Origin: Candidatus Falkowbacteria bacterium
GTDB taxonomy: Bacteria > Patescibacteriota > Patescibacteriia > Patescibacteriales > UBA12075
Assembly (NCBI GenBank): GCA_043801965.1
Contig: JAZDLN010000011.1
Location: forward strand, 44,511 to 108,510
Length of the DNA: 64,000 nt
Reading direction: 5' to 3'
The notes under the pieces were generated by a model. It ran no database searches. It saw only the letters and a list, made by a program, of their open reading frames with translations, and was not told the origin of the DNA. The position numbers were made by a program, and so were the translations under genes. Shown here piece after piece: positions 1 to 8,139 of this stretch; the first letter of the stretch is position 1, and each line of letters opens with the position of its first letter.

Positions 1-116
1 GCGTCCGCGGGCAAATCCAGATTATCCGGATTAAAAAACCCGGATTTTTCCCATCTCGCGTAAATCTCATCCTCATAAAGCCCCGGTTCGTACGCCTTAG
101 GCAATTCTTTGTTCAT
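1..116 (-). CDS. valS: class I aminoacyl-tRNA synthetase N-terminus, probably valine--tRNA ligase (5' part only, gene runs off window start)
   Basis: Reverse-strand ATG at 114-116 opens MNKELPKAYEPGLYEDEIYARWEKSGFFNPDN, the LPKxYxP..Y..W.....F opening typical of ValRS. Absent from the ORF track because it is truncated by the window edge. Confidence 0.5.
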   Translation of the reverse strand, partial: MNKELPKAYEPGLYEDEIYARWEKSGFFNPDNLDLPAD

Positions 117-295
117 ATATTTAAAAATATTACTTATATTACTACTTTTTACGTTACCAAATAATGCTTTTTTTGGCAAGCCGACGGATACGATCTCTGA
201 CTAAATTTTTTAGATTTTTTTTATTTAATATTAAATAAAATTAATCTAAATATACGCGCTTATTGTTTTCTTAATTGACCTGTTTTTAAAAAACC

Positions 296-324
296 TTGAC
301 ACGCTCGTTTTTATCGTGTATATT
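296..324 (+). promoter_or_regulatory. sigma70-like promoter
   Basis: TTGACA (296-301), 17-nt spacer, TATATT (319-324). Confidence 0.4.
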
Positions 325-381
325 AAAATCTTAAACATTTTAATCTATACTTAATAATCGCGACCCGCTTAAGGCGCGGAC

Positions 382-420
382 AAACCATGCTTCTCGATGG
401 TTTTTAGTTTTTTATTTTTT
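382..420 (+). terminator. hairpin plus T-tract between the promoter and the DHH gene (attenuator or end of a short transcript)
   Basis: aaaccat-gcttctcg-atggttt followed by tttttagttttttatttttt. Confidence 0.3.
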
Positions 421-435
421 ATTCAACCCTGACAC

Positions 436-1578
436 ATGCTGACGCAAGAGCAACAAATTTTCGAACAGATCAAAAAGGCCAAAAGCGTCCTGATTACTTT
501 CGGCAAAACCTGGAACGGCGACGCGGTCGCGTCGTCCCTGGCCTTTTACCTGCTTCTGAAAAAACTCGGCAAGAACGTGGAAATCGCGGCGGAAAATTTC
601 GATCAGGGAAAATCCTATTCCTTTCTTCCTTCTTACGGATCTATCCGGCACTCCCTGGATAATTTGAGGAAATTCATCGTTTCCCTGGATATTACGAACG
701 CCAAGGTCGGAGCCATAAAATATAAGGTAGAGGAAAACGTCCTTAACTTCATTATTTCCCCAAAAGAGGGCTTTTTTACGCATGACGACATAAAATCCCT
801 TTCCGGGGATTTTAAATATGACCTGGTGATCGTTCTCGATACGCCCGACCTTGAGTCTCTGGGGGAAATTTACGACAAAGACACGGAATTTTTCTATCAG
901 GTACCCATAATAAATATCGCCCACAACTCGAATAACGAGGAATTCGGCCAGATAAACCAGATAGAACTTACCGCCATTGCCACGGCCGAAATCCTTTTTA
1001 ATCTTTTCTCCGGATACTCCCGCGACCTAATCGACGAGGATATCGCCACCTGCCTCCTGGCCGGCATTATCTCGAAAACCCGCAGTTTCAAAACCCAGAA
1101 TATCACGCCGCAATCCCTGTCGATATCTTCGGAACTTATCTCCCTGGGAGCCAGGCGCGAAGAGATCGTAAACCAGCTTTACCGCTCCCGGTCTTTGGAC
1201 GTCTTAAAGCTTTGGGGGCGGGTACTGGCTAGACTTACGGCCACCATGGATAATTCCCTTGTTTGGTCGGTTTTGACCGAGATGGATTTTCAGAAAACAA
1301 ACACCGGGGAAAACGATCTTCCCGAGGTCATTGATGAACTCATAATAAACATTCCCCAGGCCAAGATCGTTCTCCTTATTTATGAATACGGACCGGAAAA
1401 AAACACGCAGGCCATGATCTACTCGATAAAAAATATCAATTCCCTCAATCTGGTAAAAAAATTCTCGCCTGTCGGAACTAAAAATTTCGTCCGGATAAAT
1501 ATCCTAAAACCCATTTCCGAAGCGGAAAAGGAAATCGTAGATCACATTAAGGAAAGCTTAGGTAAATTAGCGATATAA
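436..1578 (+). CDS. DHH/DHHA1 family phosphoesterase (NrnA-like oligoribonuclease / pAp phosphatase)
   Basis: 380-aa ORF with overall DHH-family layout and a GIISKTRSF segment resembling the GGxxDTGxF motif. Rho-independent terminator follows. Confidence 0.75.
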   Translation: MLTQEQQIFEQIKKAKSVLITFGKTWNGDAVASSLAFYLLLKKLGKNVEIAAENFDQGKSYSFLPSYGSIRHSLDNLRKFIVSLDITNAKVGAIKYKVEENVLNFIISPKEGFFTHDDIKSLSGDFKYDLVIVLDTPDLESLGEIYDKDTEFFYQVPIINIAHNSNNEEFGQINQIELTAIATAEILFNLFSGYSRDLIDEDIATCLLAGIISKTRSFKTQNITPQSLSISSELISLGARREEIVNQLYRSRSLDVLKLWGRVLARLTATMDNSLVWSVLTEMDFQKTNTGENDLPEVIDELIINIPQAKIVLLIYEYGPEKNTQAMIYSIKNINSLNLVKKFSPVGTKNFVRINILKPISEAEKEIVDHIKESLGKLAI

Positions 1579-1590
1579 ATAAATATCGAA

Positions 1591-1617
1591 AAAATCCCGC
1601 GTCATGCGGGATTTTTT
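1591..1617 (+). terminator. rho-independent terminator
   Basis: aaaatcccgc-gtcat-gcgggatttttt. Confidence 0.7.
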
Positions 1618-1622
1618 AATTG

Positions 1623-1759
1623 TGGGCGACACAAGAGTTTCCGCCCGGGGCGGATCCGCCTTTGGCGGAGAACTTGTGACCCCCGCAAATCCCGAAGCGT
1701 CGGGACACGGGGCAAGCTCTACGATGTCAATCCCGAAGCGTCGGGACTCTAACCAAAAA
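1623..1759 (-). pseudogene. decayed 3'-partial copy of tRNA-Val interrupted by three GC-rich hairpin insertions
   Basis: Segments tgggcgacacaagagtt / aacttgtgacc / tctacgatgtcaa / tctaaccaa are collinear with the intact tRNA-Val at 1790-1863. They are separated by 30-, 36- and 17-nt GC hairpins. The 5' acceptor/D strand is missing. Confidence 0.6.
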
Positions 1760-1789
1760 TACCCCGCTTGAAAACAGGGTATTTTTCTG

Positions 1790-1863
<74 letters not shown>

Positions 1864-1905
1864 CTTGAATTATATGATAAACAAAAAAAATAAAATTGTA
1901 AACAA

Positions 1906-1926
1906 GTGCGCCCAGATGGACTTGAA
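1906..1926 (-). repeat. exact 21-nt duplicate of the 3' end of tRNA-Ile (att-like scar)
   Basis: gtgcgcccagatggacttgaa at 1906-1926 equals 2084-2104. Confidence 0.6.
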
Positions 1927-2084
1927 GGGGCGGAAGCCCCACAACATCATTATACTCGTTTTTCGAGCGAAACATGCTGAATGTTTACATTCATGCTTTT
2001 TCTGCTTCTGTGTCTTGCTCAAAATGGTTCAAATCTCTGAACACACAAAATTCTGACGGCTCTGCGGGAGCCGCCATAATTTTG

Positions 2085-2158
2085 TGCGCCCAGATGGACT
2101 TGAACCATCGACCCCAGGCTTATAAGGCCTGTGCTCTAACCAACTGAGCTATGGGCGC
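2085..2158 (-). tRNA. tRNA-Ile (anticodon UAU)
   Basis: Reverse complement GCGCCCATAGCTCAGTTGGTTAGAGCACAGGCCTTATAAGCCTGGGGTCGATGGTTCAAGTCCATCTGGGCGCA. Stems are perfect and the anticodon loop is CTTATAA. Confidence 0.85.
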
Positions 2159-2196
2159 TTTTTTGCGATAAATATATATAAAATTGTTCCGATCTA

Positions 2197-2345
2197 TGCC
2201 TTTTGGACTTGCCCCGTCATCCGACGGGGCACCGGGCCGGATGACCCGGTGAACCATCGACCCCAGGCTTATGAGGCTTGTGCTCCCTGCCGGCAGGCGG
2301 GTAACCAACTGCCTGTCCCGCCAAAGCGAAGCGTCAACGGGGAGT
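2197..2345 (-). pseudogene. decayed CAU-anticodon paralog of the adjacent tRNA-Ile with three GC-rich insertions
   Basis: Core GAGCACAAGCCTCATAAGCCTGGGGTCGATGGTTC is near-identical to the tRNA-Ile(UAU) body. Insertions lie in the D region (30 and 17 nt) and T-loop (40 nt). The acceptor stem is no longer complementary. Confidence 0.55.
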
Positions 2346-2670
2346 TTATGGTTTCAAACTCTTAATCAATATAGCATAATTATCCTTTTTTTTCAAGAGT
2401 TAGGGTTTTTTAAAAAACAAGGCTATCGATTAATCCGAAATTTGTTCATGTTAATATTGACGAATAACTGCGGCGCCAACGGACTTTTTCCAGTCTTCTA
2501 AAATATCTTCTCTCTTTTGCCAGGCAAAATTCCGGAAAATATTTTAAAGTAGCTTCAACCCGAAGCCATGACGGCGGATTTTTGAAAAGCTGCATTATTA
2601 TTATACAAAAAATCCCTCAGATTTCAAGTGTCAAAGAATCCGAGGGATCAAGGTTCAAAAGTTCAAAAAA

Positions 2671-3315
2671 TTATAGCGCCAGTTGCGGGGCCACGAGACG
2701 AGGCCGGCGCACGGCGTTCCAGACGAGCGAGTTCTCAAGGCGAAGCACGTGGACATTGAGACGGCCGCCGGAATACAAGGCCACGTCGGCGACAAAAAAC
2801 TCTCCTTTGGATTGAAAGAAAAAGAATGTTCCGTATCCGTCGTCCCGAAGCCAATTACGGTGTTTCTTCACGGAGAGCTTGATCTGCGCCTGCGTGAAAC
2901 AAAGCCTCCGGATGTCCCCGTTGAGAGAACCGAACATATCCGCAAAAGTACCGTTTTTTACCATCTCATAAACGACAGCCTGCGTTTTGCCGGTTGCCGG
3001 TCCCGGTTCGTCCGCACCCCAGTTTTTAAAATCCGGGTCAATCCATGCGAACACATCGGTCGCATCCGCCAGAGTTTCGGTTCCATCGACTGCGTCAATG
3101 ATGAGTGTCTCGCCGCCGGAAACGAGCCTAAGAAAAGTTTCGCGGACCATGCTGATCCAACACTTTTCTTTGCGGAGAAACTTTTTTAATTCTCCCAGCC
3201 ACTCCCGGCCGCCTTCTCCTGATAATTTTTCCGCCAAATCGCAGATCGTTCCCAATGCTTCCATTGGGAGATCCACGATTTTCCGAACCACCGCACCGAG
3301 CATGTCTTTTGTCAT
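2671..3315 (-). CDS. hypothetical protein (GC-rich gene next to the tRNA cluster)
   Basis: 214-aa ORF. The many overlapping alternative-frame ORFs indicate locally high GC. No motif recognised. Confidence 0.55.
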   Translation of the reverse strand: MTKDMLGAVVRKIVDLPMEALGTICDLAEKLSGEGGREWLGELKKFLRKEKCWISMVRETFLRLVSGGETLIIDAVDGTETLADATDVFAWIDPDFKNWGADEPGPATGKTQAVVYEMVKNGTFADMFGSLNGDIRRLCFTQAQIKLSVKKHRNWLRDDGYGTFFFFQSKGEFFVADVALYSGGRLNVHVLRLENSLVWNAVRRPRLVAPQLAL

Positions 3316-3612
3316 GGTCAGTCCTCCTAAAAAAGTTTTTTGCTGGCGGGCTTGGCCAATATGGTTTCACCACAGCGGAAAAAAGTCTATTCTTGAAATT
3401 TTTTATAAAAACCTCTTTCCGCTGTGACAAACCTTTAGTATTAGATATAAAAAGAACTATTTCATGTTGATTTTATATTATATATCAAAATGTAATTTTT
3501 GTCAAGTTCTGTTTGCTTTTAAAATAATAATATATTATAATAACAGTATAGTAATAATCCCGATGCATCGCGTTAAAATACAAACAACGCTTTGCACTGA
3601 ATTTTAAATATC

Positions 3613-4107
3613 ATGAAAAAATTTTTCCGAAAAATATCGGGTCTGGGCCGCGATAACCCGATCAATTTAGCGGATGAAAAAGCTGATTCCGAGAATGAGG
3701 AAGTTTATGAAGAATTGGAAAAAGAACTGGAGGCCGGGGAAGAAGAGGAAAAAGAATGGCTGGGAGAGGAATATGAAGAGGGTCAATTATCAATAGATGT
3801 TTACCAAACCCCGAAAGATCTGGTGGTAAAATCGACCATTGCCGGCGTAAAACCGGATGATATCGATATCTCGATCAATAACGACATGCTGACCATCCGG
3901 GGTAAACGGGAAATGCAGGATAGCATAAAAGAGGAAAACTATCTTTATCGCGAATGCTATTGGGGCTCTTTTTCGCGCTCCATTATTCTGCCCCTGGAAA
4001 TAGAACCCGATAAGATAGAGGCGTTTTTGGAAAACGGAATTCTGACAATCGTCCTTCCGAAGGCTAAAAGCGCTAAAGAAATTTCCATAAAAGTAAGGGA
4101 GAAATAA
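3613..4107 (+). CDS. Hsp20/alpha-crystallin family small heat-shock protein
   Basis: Alpha-crystallin domain LSIDVYQTPKDLVVKSTIAGVKPDDIDISINNDMLTIRGKRE...GILTIVLPK, with an acidic N-terminal extension. Confidence 0.9.
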   Translation: MKKFFRKISGLGRDNPINLADEKADSENEEVYEELEKELEAGEEEEKEWLGEEYEEGQLSIDVYQTPKDLVVKSTIAGVKPDDIDISINNDMLTIRGKREMQDSIKEENYLYRECYWGSFSRSIILPLEIEPDKIEAFLENGILTIVLPKAKSAKEISIKVREK

Positions 4108-4124
4108 AATTTTAGCGGTTATTT

Positions 4125-4337
4125 ATGCGCGTAAACCTAATTATCGACCGCTTTGAGGGAGACAAGGTGGTGTTTAAAACTGAAAACAACGCGACGGTCG
4201 TTTGGCCCAAGGACGCCCTGCCGGAAAATATCCACGAAGGCATGGTTTTAACTTTTACGATTAACTCTAACGGTAAAGAGGATAACGACAAGCGGCTGGC
4301 CAAGGATATATTGAACGAAATTCTACAGCCGGAATAA
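4125..4337 (+). CDS. DUF3006-like small protein
   Basis: MRVNLIIDRFEGDKVVFKTEN opening resembles the DUF3006 IDRFEG signature. Confidence 0.5.
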   Translation: MRVNLIIDRFEGDKVVFKTENNATVVWPKDALPENIHEGMVLTFTINSNGKEDNDKRLAKDILNEILQPE

Positions 4338-4340
4338 TAT

Positions 4341-6218
4341 ATGGCCGGAGAAAAAAGGGAAAAAAAACATCTTTTCTTAGAATGGTTACTGACTGTCATG
4401 GCCATTTTTTTTGTATTGGCCGTTTGTCTGTCCGCCGCTTATTGGGGATACTCCGAAAAATACGCCGATAAGATATATCCCGGCGTGCATGCCGGCCGAT
4501 ATGACCTTTCCGGACTGTCACGTGACGAGGCGAAGAGCATCATGAACCAAAAAACCGATATTATCCACAAGCAAGGTATTATTTTTTCTCACGGCCAGTA
4601 TCGCGCTTCCCTCTTCCCGCTCATATCTTCCGTCGAGGGCGATTTAGCTTACCGGATCTTCGATTTCGATATCGAAAAAAACGCGGAAGACGCTTATGCC
4701 TTCGGCCGGAGGGACGGCTTTTACGACAATTTAAAAGCACGGCTAAGGTCCTTGCTTATTCCGTATCGTTTCGATATTTATTACATCATCAACGAGAAAG
4801 AGGCGGAAAAATTCCTGAACGAAAATTTCTCGCGCTTCGTGGAACCGGCGAAAGACGCCAAGCTGGTCATTGACGCCGCCGACGCTAAAAAACTGAAATT
4901 TTCAGTCGAAGCGGAAAAGGTCGGACAAAGCATCGACTATCGGAAGACGGTCGATCTCCTGAAAAAAAATTTGGGCGCCCTCGATAATAATCCGATCGAA
5001 GTGATCACCGATGTCGACTATCCTAAAATTTATGAAAGCGATTGCCTTAATATAGAGTCTCAAGCGGAAAAAATGCTTTCCGTGGCACCTCTCTCTCTCG
5101 CCTACGGTACCGATGTCTGGCAGGTAAACTTTAGCCATCTGACCGACTGGCTCGTCTTAAGGCCCGGTCCGGGTTCCGGACAGGAAGACAAGGTGGTGGT
5201 CGGCCTCGACCCGGTAAAGGGGAAAAAATTCCTCTCTGAGTGGGTAGCACCTAAAATAGACCGCCCCGCCCAAAACGCCAAATTCGAAATTAAGGACGGC
5301 CGGGTAGCCGAATTCCAGGCGAGCCGGGACGGTTTAGAGCTTAATATAAACGAAAGCTTCGATCGGCTGGAAACGGAATTACGGGAAGGCCGCGATCGGG
5401 TAGAGTTGGTTGTCGGGGACAAAAAAAGCGCCCTGCAGACCGAAGAGATCAATGATCTGGGCATAAAAGAGATAATCGGCACCGGGCATTCGAATTTTTC
5501 CGGCTCGCCGGCCAATCGCCGGCATAACATAAAAACAGGCGCCGATTCCTTAAATGGCGTTATTATTAAGCCGGGGGAAGAATTTTCGCTCATAACCACC
5601 CTGGGGAACATCGATAAAGAAGGCGGCTATCTGCCGGAACTGGTCATCAAGGACAATAAAACCGTTCCCGAATACGGAGGCGGCCTCTGCCAGATCGGTA
5701 CGACCATGTTCCGGGCGACGATTAAAACCGGCCTGCCGGTTACCATGCGGCGCAACCACTCATACCGGGTGTCATATTACGAGCCCGCCGGTACGGACGC
5801 CACCATATATAATCCCTGGCCGGATTACAAATTCATGAATGATACCGGAAACCATATCCTGATCCAGGCGCGCATCGAAGGCAACGACCTTTATTTCGAT
5901 TTCTGGGGAACCCGTGACGGACGGGAGGCGGAGGCGACCGAACCCGTCATAAATAATATCGTCAAACCGGCGCCGACTAAATTTATAGAAACTACGGACC
6001 TTAAACCGGGACAGAAAAAATGCACCGAAAGCGCTCATAACGGCGCCGATGCTTCTTTCGACTATACGGTTACCTATGCCGACGGCAAAACGGAAAAAAA
6101 GACCTTCAAATCGCATTACGTGCCTTGGCGCGAAGTCTGCTTTATCGGGGTAGAAAAATTATCGACCGAAAACAAGGAAACCGCCGCCACTTCTTCGCCC
6201 GAAGCGATTCCGCGATGA
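4341..6218 (+). CDS. VanW family protein with N-terminal membrane anchor
   Basis: VanW core GGGLCQIGTTMFRATIKTGLPVTMRRNHSYRVSYY. TM helix near the N-terminus. Confidence 0.85.
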   Translation: MAGEKREKKHLFLEWLLTVMAIFFVLAVCLSAAYWGYSEKYADKIYPGVHAGRYDLSGLSRDEAKSIMNQKTDIIHKQGIIFSHGQYRASLFPLISSVEGDLAYRIFDFDIEKNAEDAYAFGRRDGFYDNLKARLRSLLIPYRFDIYYIINEKEAEKFLNENFSRFVEPAKDAKLVIDAADAKKLKFSVEAEKVGQSIDYRKTVDLLKKNLGALDNNPIEVITDVDYPKIYESDCLNIESQAEKMLSVAPLSLAYGTDVWQVNFSHLTDWLVLRPGPGSGQEDKVVVGLDPVKGKKFLSEWVAPKIDRPAQNAKFEIKDGRVAEFQASRDGLELNINESFDRLETELREGRDRVELVVGDKKSALQTEEINDLGIKEIIGTGHSNFSGSPANRRHNIKTGADSLNGVIIKPGEEFSLITTLGNIDKEGGYLPELVIKDNKTVPEYGGGLCQIGTTMFRATIKTGLPVTMRRNHSYRVSYYEPAGTDATIYNPWPDYKFMNDTGNHILIQARIEGNDLYFDFWGTRDGREAEATEPVINNIVKPAPTKFIETTDLKPGQKKCTESAHNGADASFDYTVTYADGKTEKKTFKSHYVPWREVCFIGVEKLSTENKETAATSSPEAIPR

Positions 6219-6248
6219 TCTAATGATATGATATTTAAAATAAGCAAA

Positions 6249-6281
6249 AGAGACGAGGCATGCCTCGTCTCTGTGATTTTT
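6249..6281 (+). terminator. rho-independent terminator
   Basis: agagacgaggca/tgcctcgtctct perfect hairpin followed by gtgattttt. Confidence 0.7.
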
Positions 6282-6302
6282 AAACAACAAAAAAAGACCA
6301 AC

Positions 6303-6405
6303 TAAAGCGGCCAGGCAAGAAATTTTCGTCAGGAAAAACTTAGTTCTAGAACCGAATTTTTCCTAACAGAAAGATCCCCATGCTTGTCGTGCCTGTGCCG
6401 CTTTA
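6303..6405. other. ~100-nt rod-like nested palindrome (structured element of unknown role)
   Basis: Outer stem taaagcggccaggca / tgcctgtgccgcttta, middle stem aggaaaaa / tttttcct, apex gttctagaac. Confidence 0.35.
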
Positions 6406-6582
6406 ACCGGCCTTAATTTAGAAAATTCAAGTTAATATAACATCTTAGCACACCGCGGAAAAGTTGTCAAGACTAATATACTACCTTAAAAATATTTTAT
6501 TTAAAATTAGCAAAAAAATTTATATTATTTTTGCCTGTTTATAGACATCTAAAGTATAACAACGCTTTATTAATAAAAAATT

Positions 6583-6610
6583 AAAAAACCGTCTTTATCT
6601 TAAGACGGTT
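6583..6610 (-). terminator. rho-independent terminator of the EndoQ-like gene
   Basis: aaccgtctt / aagacggtt hairpin with an A-run on the plus strand, which is a T-run on the minus strand. Confidence 0.65.
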
Positions 6611-6631
6611 CATGAAACAAAGATTAAATAA

Positions 6632-7885
6632 TCAAAAAAGCTTCGTCTGCCCCCTTTCTTCGTCCGTAAAAATCCTGATCCGTCCGTATTGCCCATCAAA
6701 ACCAGGCTCGATCCGCAGCCGACCCTCCCTTACCCGGCGTATGCCTTCGACAACGGCGGGCGATAAACCCTTGGCTAAATTCCCGATCGGCTCATCAAGA
6801 AGAATGTTTATTTCATTGCTGTATTGCCCGATAATATTATTATATTCGGTTTGCACCTTGACGGACGTCCGGCTCTTTACCCCTAATACTTCAGCTATGA
6901 TCTTATCAAGTTCCACCAATTTCCTTGCTCCCGGCGCTCCAGCGGGCCTAAAACCTTCTTTCCGGTCGGCTAGCTCTTCCACCCGGTTAAGGACTCCGAC
7001 CACCAGCGGTTTTTTGCATTTAGGACAAATATTTTTATGCTTTTTCGTTTCGGCGGGCTTAAAGCGCACGCCGCAATCACGATGGCCATCGAGATGATAC
7101 ATGCCTTCCTCTGGATAAAACTCCAGCGTATAATCAAGATATGATTTATCCGTCTTTTTGTTTTTTATAACATCGTATAATTCGTCATAAGAAACCACGG
7201 CTAATTCGAAAACGTTGGCTTCGCGGGCGATGTTGGGGAGCGAATGGGCGTCTGAATTGGACAAAAGCGTAAAATTATCCAAGGCCGAAAGCCGCCAGTT
7301 CATTTCCGGATCGGAAGACAAACCGGTTTCGTAAGCGTAAATATCTTTCGTATATTCTCCGAAGCATTCTTCCATAGTGTCGAAGCCGGACTTTGACCCG
7401 AAAACCGAAAACCAAGGCGTCCAGATATGCGCCGGATAAATCAAAAATTTCGGATGAATAGAAAGGCACAATTTCATCAACTCTTCCGCGCCCATACCGA
7501 GTATCGGCCGGCCGTCCGAACGGATATTATAATGCTTATCGAGATATTTATTTAATTCCGCCGCGGCCGCGATAGAGGGCGCCTGAACGACGACATGGAT
7601 CCGCCGACAACGGTCGTTCTTTTTATAGATCAAAGCCAACTCCGTGGACAAAATAAATTTTATCTTATCGTCCGGCATTGCCTTCAATTTATATAATCCG
7701 CTGTTATTTATCTCTTCCAGTTCGTTTTTTATGGAACTGAACCAATCCGGAAAAGTAAAATCCCCGGTGGCGATGATATCGACGCCTTTAACCCGGCAGG
7801 TTTTATCAATATTAGCCAACGTCAAATCCCGCGAGCAAGCCCGCGAGTATTTCGAATGGATATGCAGATCGGCTATCTGGCGCAT
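6632..7885 (-). CDS. PHP-domain endonuclease Q-like protein (TIGR00375-type)
   Basis: N-terminal ADLHIHSKYSRACS PHP motif, internal zinc ribbon CPKCKKPLVVGV, ~417 aa as in EndoQ. Confidence 0.65.
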   Translation of the reverse strand: MRQIADLHIHSKYSRACSRDLTLANIDKTCRVKGVDIIATGDFTFPDWFSSIKNELEEINNSGLYKLKAMPDDKIKFILSTELALIYKKNDRCRRIHVVVQAPSIAAAAELNKYLDKHYNIRSDGRPILGMGAEELMKLCLSIHPKFLIYPAHIWTPWFSVFGSKSGFDTMEECFGEYTKDIYAYETGLSSDPEMNWRLSALDNFTLLSNSDAHSLPNIAREANVFELAVVSYDELYDVIKNKKTDKSYLDYTLEFYPEEGMYHLDGHRDCGVRFKPAETKKHKNICPKCKKPLVVGVLNRVEELADRKEGFRPAGAPGARKLVELDKIIAEVLGVKSRTSVKVQTEYNNIIGQYSNEINILLDEPIGNLAKGLSPAVVEGIRRVREGRLRIEPGFDGQYGRIRIFTDEERGQTKLF

Positions 7886-8139
7886 AAACTATTAATTTTT
7901 TCCCGGTTTATTTAAACGCTTTTTCTAATGAATTTTATTCGAACTTAATTATACCCCCCCGCTTCCCTCCAAGCTGTTTTTCGATTACAACAATATCGTG
8001 CGCTTTTCTTAATTATATATTTTAAGCAAAACTTTGACAATATGGATCATGCTGGTTTTTTTGCAAAAAGGCCTTTTGTTTTTAGGGATATTTCTGTATA
8101 ATTAAAGATAAATAACCATGTTTAATACATAAAGCCAAT

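Noticed and set aside
412-1106. Antisense ORFs opposite the DHH gene, and similar antisense/alternative-frame ORFs opposite most long genes (for example 5102-5611, 9553-10059, 21316-22272, 33380-33862, 43524-44213, 50233-50914, 61431-62390)
   Set aside because: Each overlaps a longer ORF that has recognisable family motifs. They have no independent translation signals.
2683-3430. Four overlapping ORFs (100-168 aa) on both strands over the 214-aa gene
   Set aside because: This is typical of GC-rich DNA with few stop codons. Only the longest frame (2671-3315, minus) has a plausible start and a downstream hairpin/T-run. The others are kept as noise.
6303-6405. SRP (4.5S) RNA identification for the rod-like element
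   Set aside because: It contains GTCAGG but lacks the GGAA/GNAR-capped helix 8 and the AGCA/GGCA internal-loop signature. The apex is a different extended stem.
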